Shown here one piece after another: positions 49,837 to 59,580 of a stretch of DNA of 64,000 nt (position 1 is the stretch's first letter; each line of letters begins with the position of its first letter). This DNA comes from Gaiellales bacterium (lineage in GTDB: Bacteria > Actinomycetota > Thermoleophilia > Gaiellales > JALYLC01). The stretch covers positions 259-64,258 of the forward strand of contig DASRQS010000136.1 of the NCBI GenBank assembly GCA_035696365.1, given 5' to 3'. The notes beneath the pieces are model-generated. The model was not told the origin of the DNA and searched no databases. It saw only the letters and a list, made by a program, of their open reading frames with translations. Made by a program: the position numbers and the translations under genes.

Positions 49837-51452
49837 CAGCGCCCGAACCTCGGGAGCCGGAAGGACAACGCCACGGCGGCACGCTACGAGACTACCTGCA
49901 GATGCTACGCCGGCGTAAATGGATTGTCTTGCAGGCGATCGTTCTCGTGCCTGCGATCGCTATCGCGATCTCGCTGCGCTCTCCAGCCCGCTACGAGGCT
50001 CAAGCACAGGTGCTTCTCACGCATCAATCGTTTGCGGCGCTCCTGACAAATACGCAGGACCAAAGCTCGAACCAGCAGCTCGCGGATCGCGTAGCGAACA
50101 CACAGGCCGACCTCGCCCGGGTGCCCCCTGTAGTGCAACGCACGCTGGCAGCGGTGCCGGGAGCTGGCCTCACGGGGCTCCAGTTGTTGCACTCCTCGAC
50201 GGTGACGGCACGCCAGAACGCCGACCTACTGACGTTCGCCGTCACCGCGCGTTCGCCGGAGCTGGCAACCCGCTTGGCCACTGCCTATGCGCAATCGTAT
50301 ACAGCGTACCGCCACGAGCTGGATACCGCGTCGTTGCAGCGCGCGCGCGAAGACGTCGGCACGCGCATCGCGTCGCTGCGCGCCAACCACCAGGGCGCTT
50401 CGGCCCTTGCGGCCAAGCTTGTAGAGACCGAGCAGCAGCTTCAGACGTTGCAAACGCTTCAGACCGCCAACGCGACCGTCGTGAAAATAGCCAGCGTTGC
50501 GCCGCAAGTCTCGCCGCGCCCGTGGCGTGACGCCATTCTGGGCGTCGTCTTCGGCACCTTGATCGGTCTCGGCCTCGCGTTGGTCATCGAGGCGTTGGAC
50601 ACGCGAGTGCGCAGCGGCGAAGAAGTCGCCGAGCGGTTGGGAGTATCCCTGCTCGGGCGGCTGCCCGAACCGCCAAAGAAGCTGCGTGACCGCAACGCGC
50701 TCGTCATGCTGGAGGAGCCCTACGGGCAGCACGCAGAGGCCTTTCGCACGCTACGCACGAACATCGAGTTGTCCAACTTGGAGCGCGAGGCGAGGGTCAT
50801 CGCGGTAGCGAGCGCCCTGCCATCCGAAGGCAAGTCGACGACCGCTGCGAATCTGGCCGTGGCAATCGCGCGTGGCGGTCACCGCGTCGCTCTCGTCGAT
50901 CTCGACCTACGCAAGCCAATCTTGGCGACGTTCTTCAAGGCTCGTGCGCAGCCTGGTTTGACCGACGTGGCACTCGGCCGCGTCACGCTCGAACAGGCCC
51001 TCATACGGATCAACGTCGCGACTTTCTCTGAGGAAGCGGATGTGGCGGGGCACGCGCAGCCCCAGCTGGACGTGCTGATCGCGGGGCGCCCGCCACCGAA
51101 TCCGGGGGAGTTCGTGTCCTCGCGCCGTCTCGCGAATATCCTCGCAACGCTACGCGAAAGCTACGACGTCGTGCTGGTCGATACGCCTCCAATGCTGAGC
51201 GTCGGCGATACGCTCGCATTGACCTCGCAGCTGGACGCGCTGATGCTGGTCTCCAACCTCTCGCTCACCAAGCGCGGCGAGTTGCACGAATTGCGCCGTG
51301 TTCTCGCCCTCGCACGTTGCCAGATCTTGGGAACCGTCCTGACAGCTGCGGGCGTCGATCGTAACTACGGGTACGGGTACGGCTACGGGAGTTACGGGCT
51401 GGAGCCAAAACGTGAGGGCGCCGGCACGCCGACCGGCTCCACAGATGTGTGA
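49833..51452 (+). CDS. Polysaccharide co-polymerase / BY-tyrosine kinase (Wzc-like fusion)
   Basis: Wzz N-terminal domain (LRDYLQMLRRRKWIVLQAIVLVP), P-loop SALPSEGKSTTAANLA, VLVDTPP, and a C-terminal Tyr cluster NYGYGYGYGSYG. ATGA overlap with the sigma gene. Confidence 0.9.
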   Translation: MTAPEPREPEGQRHGGTLRDYLQMLRRRKWIVLQAIVLVPAIAIAISLRSPARYEAQAQVLLTHQSFAALLTNTQDQSSNQQLADRVANTQADLARVPPVVQRTLAAVPGAGLTGLQLLHSSTVTARQNADLLTFAVTARSPELATRLATAYAQSYTAYRHELDTASLQRAREDVGTRIASLRANHQGASALAAKLVETEQQLQTLQTLQTANATVVKIASVAPQVSPRPWRDAILGVVFGTLIGLGLALVIEALDTRVRSGEEVAERLGVSLLGRLPEPPKKLRDRNALVMLEEPYGQHAEAFRTLRTNIELSNLEREARVIAVASALPSEGKSTTAANLAVAIARGGHRVALVDLDLRKPILATFFKARAQPGLTDVALGRVTLEQALIRINVATFSEEADVAGHAQPQLDVLIAGRPPPNPGEFVSSRRLANILATLRESYDVVLVDTPPMLSVGDTLALTSQLDALMLVSNLSLTKRGELHELRRVLALARCQILGTVLTAAGVDRNYGYGYGYGSYGLEPKREGAGTPTGSTDV

Positions 51453-51636
51453 CTGCGCGCACGCCGGCGGCTCGCGCACACAGCCGGACATGTCCCGTCT
51501 CACCGTCTCGCCGATCCGGAACGTCGATGTTACGTTTGCATCGACGCTGCGGTCCGACACGCCGACGCTGGTGCCCAACCCCTCGTTTGCTGCCACACCG
51601 GGCCGCCCGGCGACCCGCGAGCAGGTGCTCTGAGCA

Positions 51637-52881
51637 TTGGTCGTTTCCCCGGCCAAGCGCACGCTGGGGCACGTCACGCTCGTGACGAGCGCCGCCGTCG
51701 TCTCGCGCCTCGCGTTGCTGGCCGTGCTCGTGGCCGCCGGCTCCGCAGACGTTAGCCACGTCGAGTTCCAACTCATCGCGTTCGCACTGGCCGCCTCATC
51801 CGCAGTTCAGGTCATCGTCGACCCCAACACCGCGGCGGCGTTCACCGTGGTGGCGTGGGAACGTTGCGAGCGTGCTGGCTTCAGCGTCTGGCGTGGCGTG
51901 CTGCGCCTGCAACTCGCCGCGGCTGTCCTAACCGTAGGCGCATTGACTCTGATCGTCGGTGCGGTGGCGGATTCGCGTGAGGGGGTGTTGGTGGGCATGG
52001 CGCTGGGAACGACGGCGATGGCCGAAAACGTCGCGCGTTTCGCGCGTTGCAGCTTCCAACGCCGTGGGCAGTTCGCGAGCTACGCCGCGGTTGACGCCAC
52101 GCTGGGCGTGTGCCGCCTGGTCGGAGCCGGTGCGCTCCTGATCGGCGGCATCGACGTGTTCCTGGCCCTTCAGCCGCTCACCCTGCTCGTCGGCCTCGGC
52201 TGGGTCGTCGCTTGCAGCCGAGCGCTCGCACGAGCAGGCACCCTGCCACCCTCACCGGCCGGCGTGACGCTGCGGGACATGTGGCCGTTCTCGGCAGGTG
52301 GGGGAGTCTCGGCACTCTATTCGCAGTTGCCGACAATCTTCGTCGGCGCCGTTGGCGGACTCAGCGCGGGCGCAATCTATGGTGTTGCCACGCGCATCAC
52401 ACAGCCTTCCGAGGTACTGCCGGCGGCATTCTCATCAGTTCGACTGCCAGAGCTCGTGAGCGCTCCGTCGCGGCAGCGCGACGCGCTTGTGCGAACGCAG
52501 GTGCGCGTCGCGGCGACGGCTGGCGCGCTGATTGCACTCGTCATCGTAGCTACCTCCCCGTTCCTGGCTCATCACCTCGCGCGCGGTGCGCAGGACGCCG
52601 ACGTCGTGATCGCGACATTGGCGCTCGCGCTGCCGTTCAAGTTCGTCAACTACCAGCTCGTGGCAGTCGCCGTCGCCTCTGGGAATGCCAAGGCACGACT
52701 GCTTGCGGCCTCGCGCGTAGCAGTGGTGTCCATTTGTCTGACGCTGCCCGCGGCTGCGCTGGACGTGCGCCTGGTGCCGTGTGTGGTGATCGCTTGCGAG
52801 GTCTTCCTATACGCGCAGCTGCGCACGTTGCAGCGGCGCATCGCGAGGTTGCCGGTGCACTCCCCGGTTGTGGAGGTCTGA
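51637..52881 (+). CDS. Polysaccharide flippase-like (Wzx/MOP-type) membrane protein, start uncertain
   Basis: About 12 hydrophobic segments in a polysaccharide-cluster context. No sharp motif was recognised. The track start is TTG. Confidence 0.5.
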   Translation: MVVSPAKRTLGHVTLVTSAAVVSRLALLAVLVAAGSADVSHVEFQLIAFALAASSAVQVIVDPNTAAAFTVVAWERCERAGFSVWRGVLRLQLAAAVLTVGALTLIVGAVADSREGVLVGMALGTTAMAENVARFARCSFQRRGQFASYAAVDATLGVCRLVGAGALLIGGIDVFLALQPLTLLVGLGWVVACSRALARAGTLPPSPAGVTLRDMWPFSAGGGVSALYSQLPTIFVGAVGGLSAGAIYGVATRITQPSEVLPAAFSSVRLPELVSAPSRQRDALVRTQVRVAATAGALIALVIVATSPFLAHHLARGAQDADVVIATLALALPFKFVNYQLVAVAVASGNAKARLLAASRVAVVSICLTLPAAALDVRLVPCVVIACEVFLYAQLRTLQRRIARLPVHSPVVEV

Positions 52882-52884
52882 ACT

Positions 52885-53949
52885 GTGCGCATCATCGTGG
52901 CCGGAGCAGCCGCCCTGACGCGAGAGGGGCATGTCATGAATCTCGGCGACGAGGCAATTGCCGAGACGATCGTCGGCGCGATTGGCCGACATCGGGGCAT
53001 TTCCGAGGTAGTAGCTACGCTGAACACTCGGCTGGCGAATCGCGCGGCGCCAACGGGCCGGTTTTCACCACGCCCGGTGCACCGGCTCGCTCACGAGGTC
53101 GCTCGAGCCGACGCGGTGCTGATCGGCGGTGGCACACTACTTCAGGACAACGTGCCTATTGAGTCGTCATGGAGACTACGCGGGTTGTTGCGTCTGCAGT
53201 TGGCTGTCGTCGCATTGTGCCGCTCGACTCGCACGCCGTATGCCTACGCGCTCGTGGGGGCGGAATACCTGGAGCGGCCGGCAGCGAGGCGCGCTGTGCG
53301 CTTTCTCGTCGAGCACGCGGCATGTGTAGCCGTGCGCGATCCGGCCTCGGCGGAGCTGCTCACCTCGTTCGCAACGCCTCAAAGGCTGGCGGTCGGAGCC
53401 GATGCGGTCTTTCTGGCCGCGACTCCCGTACCCCGCGGGCAGGCGCGCACTCGTGTGGCCGTGAGCTTGCTGTCGCTCGCCCAGCCGGAATTGATCAAGA
53501 CCCTTGCGCGGTCGCTCGATGCGCTCTTCCCGCACGCGCACCTGTTGCTCGTCCCGACCGACCGTCGTGTCGACTGTGACGGTGTCGCTCTGCGCATTCT
53601 CCAACAGAGTCTGATGGAGCCGAGCCGCGTCAGCTGGTTTGCCGCCGACCGTCCGTGGCAGGAGCTCGTCGCCGAGCTCGGCAGCTGCCAGCTGGCAGTC
53701 GGCATGCGCATGCACTTCCTGATGTTGGCTGCGCTCGCTCGCACACCCGCAGTCGTGATTGCGGCGTCGCCAAAGCTCCGGAGCTTCGCAGCGGATGGCG
53801 CGCTGGCACTGGTCGATGCGCGCGCTCCGGCCGGCCTCAACGCTGCGCTCGCGGACGCTGCGGCGATGGACGAACTCGTCTTCGCGGCCCTGCGCCGCCG
53901 TGCCGAAACTGGACTAGCGTGCTGTTTGCAAGCTGTGGGGGCGAAATGA
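52885..53949 (+). CDS. Polysaccharide pyruvyl transferase family protein
   Basis: NLGDEAI..., ADAVLIGGGTLLQD and VGMRMHFLMLAA resemble the PS_pyruv_trans (CsaB/WcaK) pattern. Confidence 0.6.
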   Translation: MRIIVAGAAALTREGHVMNLGDEAIAETIVGAIGRHRGISEVVATLNTRLANRAAPTGRFSPRPVHRLAHEVARADAVLIGGGTLLQDNVPIESSWRLRGLLRLQLAVVALCRSTRTPYAYALVGAEYLERPAARRAVRFLVEHAACVAVRDPASAELLTSFATPQRLAVGADAVFLAATPVPRGQARTRVAVSLLSLAQPELIKTLARSLDALFPHAHLLLVPTDRRVDCDGVALRILQQSLMEPSRVSWFAADRPWQELVAELGSCQLAVGMRMHFLMLAALARTPAVVIAASPKLRSFAADGALALVDARAPAGLNAALADAAAMDELVFAALRRRAETGLACCLQAVGAK

Positions 53950-55418
53950 GGGTGTGGACATTTCCTGCGGCCGCCGTGGCTGTCTCGGCTGGCGCGGCAA
54001 TCTTCTTGGCGGGAGCACTGCGCGACCCATCGAGCCCCTACCTGCTCGTTGGGCTCACCGCGGCAGCCGTCGGGCTGGCCATTCCGGCATATCTGCGCGG
54101 CGCGCGAGACCCTCTTTCGCCGGCTCTCGCGTTTGCCGCCATCTTTTTTGTCTATTATGTGTTGCGTCCGCTGCATGTTCTTTCGAGTGGGGTTCTCGGC
54201 CCTGCTAAGTCGAGCTACGACACGCCGATCGCGGCGGTGCTGCCATCGGTGCGGATGGCATTGCTTCTCGCGGCGTTCGGAGTCGCAAGCTTTTTTCTCG
54301 CCTATATCGCGGCCATCCGCAAGCCATCGCGATCGCTCACCGACGAGCGGGTTGAGCACGCCTGGCTTGCGCTCGAACGCGAGCATTTTCATTTCGCCGT
54401 TGTAATTGCGTCGATTTGCGCGATCGCTTTCATCGGCACTCTGGTAATCAAGAGTGGCGGTTTGGCTGCGTACCTCGGGCAGATCGGATATCGGCAGCAC
54501 ACGTTCACGAACATCGCCTTTCTCACTCAGCTCGCACTGCCGATAAAATCCGTGCTGTTCGTCGCGTTGCTGAGTCGTCGCGCACCACGGCCGCAGCGGG
54601 CAAGCTGGCGCTTGATCCTGCTTCTCGGAGCGCTTGCCGCGACGACTGACGTATTTACCGGCGGGCGTGCGAACTTGATCATCGGGACCATTCTGCCGGC
54701 CCTCCTCATCGTTCACTACGCGTTACGGCCTCTGCGGGCCCACACGGTCATCGTGGCCGGACTAGTCCTTCTGGCAATCGCGATCAGTTTCCGCGTCGTC
54801 TTCCGTGATTCGCAGTTTTCGGGCAGTAGCGACCACTCGCGTACGTCGCTCCTGCAGCAGGCCTACCGGCAGCCGCTGGACGCCGTAGTGGGGGGCCACG
54901 ACACGATCGCGTTCGACTCCCTGGCTACTCTCAACGGCGCTTACCAGCAGAACACGCCTCGTCAGTGGGGCGTCACCTACCTGGACACCCTGGCGTTTCC
55001 GGTGCCGCGCGCGTTATGGCTGGGCAAGCCGCTCGGCGGCGGCAGTGCGTGGTTTACTTCGACATACTTTTCCGGCTACTACGGTCCCGATCACGTCGAG
55101 ACCAGCGTGACCATGCTCGGCGAAGCGCAAGCTAATTTCGGGCTTATTGGTGTACTGCTCGTGCCGGGGCTGCTTGGCTTCGGCCTGGCCTCGCTGTACC
55201 GCCGCATGATGGTCCGTCCGACCCCGAAGGCGATTCTGGTCTACGCGAACGTCCTGCCGTATGCGTACACCTTCGTGCGGGGCGACGCCTATCACTCAAT
55301 TCCCTTGGCGTTGCTCGCGTCGGGCACGAGCTTGCTCGCGCTCGCCTATTGCTCCCGTCCCGTCCCGAGCGCCGCTCGCCTGCGTGTCGGAGGTATAGGC
55401 GTTGCCAGCGGGAGCTGA
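53946..55418 (+). CDS. Oligosaccharide repeat-unit polymerase (Wzy-like) membrane protein
   Basis: ATGA overlap with the previous gene. A 490-aa polytopic protein. The call rests on topology and context. Confidence 0.55.
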   Translation: MRVWTFPAAAVAVSAGAAIFLAGALRDPSSPYLLVGLTAAAVGLAIPAYLRGARDPLSPALAFAAIFFVYYVLRPLHVLSSGVLGPAKSSYDTPIAAVLPSVRMALLLAAFGVASFFLAYIAAIRKPSRSLTDERVEHAWLALEREHFHFAVVIASICAIAFIGTLVIKSGGLAAYLGQIGYRQHTFTNIAFLTQLALPIKSVLFVALLSRRAPRPQRASWRLILLLGALAATTDVFTGGRANLIIGTILPALLIVHYALRPLRAHTVIVAGLVLLAIAISFRVVFRDSQFSGSSDHSRTSLLQQAYRQPLDAVVGGHDTIAFDSLATLNGAYQQNTPRQWGVTYLDTLAFPVPRALWLGKPLGGGSAWFTSTYFSGYYGPDHVETSVTMLGEAQANFGLIGVLLVPGLLGFGLASLYRRMMVRPTPKAILVYANVLPYAYTFVRGDAYHSIPLALLASGTSLLALAYCSRPVPSAARLRVGGIGVASGS

Positions 55419-55420
55419 AG

Positions 55421-56527
55421 ATGCGCAGGCTCGATGAACTACTTATCAACGGACGCTTCCTGACCCAGCCGCTTAGCGGTGTGCAGCGCTATGGGCTCGA
55501 ATTGAGCTCGGAGCTTGCGGGTCGTGACCTTGAAGTCGTGATCGCAACGCCTCGCGGCGCGCCGGTGCCGCCGAAGCTCCGGCCGTTCGTCCGCGAGCTC
55601 GGCACACGGGGAGGCCACTCTTGGGAGCAGTGTGACCTCGCACGCCTTGCGGCTCGGGGCAGCGCTGTACTGTGGTCTCCCGGGAATACGGGCCCAGTAG
55701 CCACGCAGCGCCAGTTGGTCACGCTGCATGACATGTTCGTCTTTCGCTTCCCGTCTCACCATACGCGGTCGTTCCGTGTGTGGTACAAGACCTTGCACCG
55801 TTTGCTTGTGCAGCGTGGGGTGAGTTTTGCCGCAGTGTCACAGTATACCCGTGATGAGATTAGCAACACACTCGGTGTGGATCCCGATAAGATCGCGATC
55901 GTCCCAGATGGCGTGAGTGAGCGTTTCCGTCTGTTGGATCGGGCGCAGGCACGCGTCACGGCCCAGCGGATGGGCTTGTTCGGACGCTACGCACTTTGCC
56001 TGGCCGTCGCCTCGGAGCGCAAGAATTTGGGGCGCCTGATCGACGCCTGGCGTGTCGTGCGCACCACGTCACCCGACGTGCAACTCGTCCTGGCCGGGGG
56101 CGCGAGCTTCAAGCGCCTGTACGGTTACTCGTTACCCGAGCTGAACGTGCTCGAGCCGCTCGGCGTTCGTGTCGTCGAGCATGTGCCTGAAGCGGACCTG
56201 CCCGCGATCTACTCGGCGGCGGAGTTGGTGGTCATGCCGTCGCTGGCCGAAGGCTTCGGCTTGCCGGCGCTGGAGGCATTGGCGTGCGGCACGCCGGTGG
56301 TGGTGTCGGCGAATTCGGCGCTGGTGGAGAACTTCGCTTCGCTTGGCGGCGTTCTCGTCGATCCGTACTCGGCGGCTTCAATCGCCTCCGGCCTGCTCCG
56401 CGTTCTCCGGGAGCGCGCGGCATACGCGCCCCATGATCCAAGCGGCATCGCCGAGGCGTACTCGTGGCCGAGGGCAGCCGACCGCTTGCTCGAAGCGCTC
56501 GCGCGCGTGGACAGCGATTTCTGCTGA
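55421..56527 (+). CDS. Glycosyltransferase family 4 (GT-B)
   Basis: C-terminal EX7E-type region LVVMPSLAEGFGLPALEALACGTPVVVS. Confidence 0.85.
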   Translation: MRRLDELLINGRFLTQPLSGVQRYGLELSSELAGRDLEVVIATPRGAPVPPKLRPFVRELGTRGGHSWEQCDLARLAARGSAVLWSPGNTGPVATQRQLVTLHDMFVFRFPSHHTRSFRVWYKTLHRLLVQRGVSFAAVSQYTRDEISNTLGVDPDKIAIVPDGVSERFRLLDRAQARVTAQRMGLFGRYALCLAVASERKNLGRLIDAWRVVRTTSPDVQLVLAGGASFKRLYGYSLPELNVLEPLGVRVVEHVPEADLPAIYSAAELVVMPSLAEGFGLPALEALACGTPVVVSANSALVENFASLGGVLVDPYSAASIASGLLRVLRERAAYAPHDPSGIAEAYSWPRAADRLLEALARVDSDFC

Positions 56528-56565
56528 GCGCCGGTCGTCGAGTGCTGCCCAGAGGTCTTCGGCAC

Positions 56566-57687
56566 CTAGCACCGGAGCAGCTGGGTGAGCTCTGCGGTCG
56601 AGGCCAAGGTGGCGGTCAACGAGCGGTGCGTCTCCACCAGGGCCCGGTTACGTTTGCCAAGCTGGCGCCGGCCTGTTGGATCATCGAGCAAGCCGGATAT
56701 GACTCGCACCATCTCATCCGGTTCACCCACGGGGACGAGGCAGCGCTCGTCGAGGATGGAGGCCATGCCGTTCACCCGGGTGGCTACAACCGGAAGACCC
56801 TGCGCCATGGCTTCCATCACCGCCAGCGAAGCGCCCGCCTCCCAGCGCGAGGGAGCGACGAAGAGATCGCCGGCCGCGAGGTACAGAGTGGGGTCTGCCG
56901 CACCAACAAGCTCAGCGTGCTGCGGACAGGTGGAGTCGAGATGCTCTCGATCAGGGCCGTCGCCAACGACCACCAGGCGCGCCTCGGGGTGAACAACGCT
57001 CAGCATGCGCCATGCCTTCAGCAGTACGTCGATTCCCTTCGAGTGCGCCAGGCGACCAACCGTGACCACCAGCGGGGTTCCTCGCGCTACGCCGAGGCGC
57101 GCGCGGGCGTGTGCGCGCCTCGAGGCAGATGCTGGTTGCCAACGTTGAGCATCGACTCCGTTCGGAATGACTGCCCACGTCGTGCATACGCCGTGTGCTT
57201 CACCCGCGACCTTCTCGTCAGCACTGACGCAGACGGTTGTGCTTGTCCAGCGGGTCGCAAAGCGCTCCCACCCGAGGGCGCCTTGCCGCGGCAAACCCTC
57301 GACCGCGTAGAAGGACCACCCATGAGGCTGATACAGGGTCGGTCGGCGACCCCTGATGGCGAGCCTTCCGCACAGGCCCGCCTTCGAAGAATGGAGATGA
57401 ATTACGTCCGGGTCGAAGCGCGAAATGATCGCGCATAGCCGTCGTGTCTCACCCAGCACGGATATGCCCGGTGAGCGCGAAGCTTCCCACGGCAGGTAGG
57501 TGCCTCCGCAGCGCTGAGTCGTCCGGGAGAGTTCATTTTCACACGTGGCTGCGGCGACGTGCCATCCGCGTCTAGCCTGATCGGCGACCAGGTTCGCGGC
57601 GCAGACGATGCTTCCACCGTCCTGCGGCTGTGCTACATGCAACACGCGCGGGGTTCGCGATGGTCGAGTCTCTAGGCTCATATTCAC
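56566..57687 (-). CDS. Glycosyltransferase family 4 (GT-B)
   Basis: LFVAPSRWEAGASLAVMEAMAQGLPVVATRVNG and N-terminal VLHVAQPQDGG. Confidence 0.85.
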   Translation of the reverse strand: MNMSLETRPSRTPRVLHVAQPQDGGSIVCAANLVADQARRGWHVAAATCENELSRTTQRCGGTYLPWEASRSPGISVLGETRRLCAIISRFDPDVIHLHSSKAGLCGRLAIRGRRPTLYQPHGWSFYAVEGLPRQGALGWERFATRWTSTTVCVSADEKVAGEAHGVCTTWAVIPNGVDAQRWQPASASRRAHARARLGVARGTPLVVTVGRLAHSKGIDVLLKAWRMLSVVHPEARLVVVGDGPDREHLDSTCPQHAELVGAADPTLYLAAGDLFVAPSRWEAGASLAVMEAMAQGLPVVATRVNGMASILDERCLVPVGEPDEMVRVISGLLDDPTGRRQLGKRNRALVETHRSLTATLASTAELTQLLRC

Positions 57688-57699
57688 AGCGCACCGACC

Positions 57700-59151
57700 T
57701 CACGCCGTGTCGCTGCCGCGTACGATCACTGCCACCGTGCGCGCAAGGATGCGTATGTCAGATGTCACGGACCAATGGCGCGCGTACACGCAGTCGAGAT
57801 GCAGTCGCTCTTCCCAGCTGATCGCGTTTCGGCCGGACACCTGCCACAGACCGGTGATTCCAGGTCGCACCGAATGCCGTACGCCGGCTTGCCACTCGCT
57901 CAGCGCTTCGACCTCGTATTCGCGCATCGGGCGTGGTCCCACGAGCCCCATGTCGCCTCGTATGACGTTCCAAAGCTGAGGCAGTTCGTCCAGGCTACGC
58001 AGTCTCAACCGACGACCGATGCGTGTGGCGTGCATGTACGCGCTGCCGGCCTTCAGCTGAAGTGCAGCGTCTTCGATCGAGAGGCCTTCGATCAGATCGG
58101 AGCCCTGTAGTTCGGCGCCTTGGACCATCGTGCGGAACTTGAGCATGCTGAACACCTGGGCGCCTTTGCCCACCCGGCGTTGTCGAAAGATGATCGGTCC
58201 CCCATCCGCAACCTTGATCACGATCGCAATCGCGAGGAGGAGCGGGCACAGCAGCAGAAGGAGAAGCGAGGCGCCGAGAATGTCGAGCGCGCGCTTGATC
58301 CCGTGCTCGCCGAGGCATCGCGGCATGCCGCCGGCTTCGAGCACCGTGATGCGGCCTAGTTCATAGCCGCGCGCCTGCACGATCTCGTAGAGGCGCGGGA
58401 TGACTTGGACGCGGACACCTTGCAGGGTGCGCAGTACTTCGAGCACATCGGCGTCGATTGCGCTTGTGTACGCGACGATGACCAGCTCGATGTTGTGCTC
58501 TGCGACGAGACGCGGTAGCTCGGCGAGCTGCCCGAGTGTCGCGGGGGCTCCCGCTGGAAGCTCGAGTGGTTCATCGTCGAGAAAGCCGACGACCTCGAAA
58601 GCGCATTCGCGGTGGCGCAGGGAGAGCTCCCACACGTGGCGCGCCGTCGAACCCGTTCCCAAGACGACCGTCCTCGCTGGAACACGGCGTTCCGCCACAG
58701 CGGCAAGAATGCGTGCCGCTACCCACGCGGCGGGCAAGCCGATAGAGGCGATCACGAGCCGTTTGGCGTCGAGGATGCCGTCAAAGCCCCCCGAGACGAG
58801 TGCCGCGACGACAGCCGCAACCCAGCCGAAGAGCGCAAGCTGGCCAGCGGTGCGCAGCCGCGCCCCAGGCAAGCGAGTCGCAGGATCGTATGCGCGTGTC
58901 GCGCCAAGCAGCAGAATCGTCAGGACGGTTGTCAGCAGCAAACCGGCGTTCGCCTGCCAGGACATCCTGGCCGCGACCGGGTGGGCTCCGCCATCGCGCA
59001 TGAGCGCGAGGAAGGCCGACGTCACCAGGACGTCAAACCCGACGAGGGCAGCTCGGACTTTGTCGCCACGACGATCGTTCGATCGCCGTTCAGTGCTGGC
59101 GGTGCCGTAGTCTGTAGCCAGCTCCGTGCGCTCGATGACGATGGAATTCAC
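57700..59151 (-). CDS. Polyprenyl-phosphate sugar phosphotransferase (WbaP/CpsE-like priming enzyme)
   Basis: PIIFRQRRVGKGAQVFSMLKFRTM ... DELPQLWNVIRGDMGLVGPRP, the bacterial sugar transferase signature. Confidence 0.92.
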   Translation of the reverse strand: MNSIVIERTELATDYGTASTERRSNDRRGDKVRAALVGFDVLVTSAFLALMRDGGAHPVAARMSWQANAGLLLTTVLTILLLGATRAYDPATRLPGARLRTAGQLALFGWVAAVVAALVSGGFDGILDAKRLVIASIGLPAAWVAARILAAVAERRVPARTVVLGTGSTARHVWELSLRHRECAFEVVGFLDDEPLELPAGAPATLGQLAELPRLVAEHNIELVIVAYTSAIDADVLEVLRTLQGVRVQVIPRLYEIVQARGYELGRITVLEAGGMPRCLGEHGIKRALDILGASLLLLLLCPLLLAIAIVIKVADGGPIIFRQRRVGKGAQVFSMLKFRTMVQGAELQGSDLIEGLSIEDAALQLKAGSAYMHATRIGRRLRLRSLDELPQLWNVIRGDMGLVGPRPMREYEVEALSEWQAGVRHSVRPGITGLWQVSGRNAISWEERLHLDCVYARHWSVTSDIRILARTVAVIVRGSDTA

Positions 59152-59580
59152 TCACGTGCTCCGGCGAACGTTGCGAGAGCGTCTCGGAGAGGGCGTCCAT
59201 CCGCATGCCCGGCGGAATTCCAAGCGCCAAGCCCTGGCAATCCGACGACCTTCGCGTAGCAAGCCTCGCGACGGCGCCCGAGTGGTTCCTCTCCTTCGCA
59301 TGGACACGGATGGTGGCGAGAGCTGGATCGTGCGGCAATGCACCCCACGGTCCAATCTCGCCGAGAAGCGCCAAAATGGATGTACCAGAGCTGTACCTCT
59401 CGACAAACACCCGGAGGTCTTCGCCAGTTTGCGCATGGTTTGCGCGCCTCTGGGTGGATGTGGGCACCCTACCGCCCCGTATTTTGCGGCGGGCAGCACG
59501 ACGCGCTCATCTCACTGATGAGCGAACGGCAGGGCGTGGCACAACGATGGCCAAGCCACGCCTTCCTTCGACGTTCTCTC

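Noticed and set aside
54539-54546. Exact GCCGATAA on the plus strand.
   Set aside because: It lies deep inside the Wzy-like coding sequence, with no TAAA-like element 15 nt upstream. It is probably a chance occurrence.
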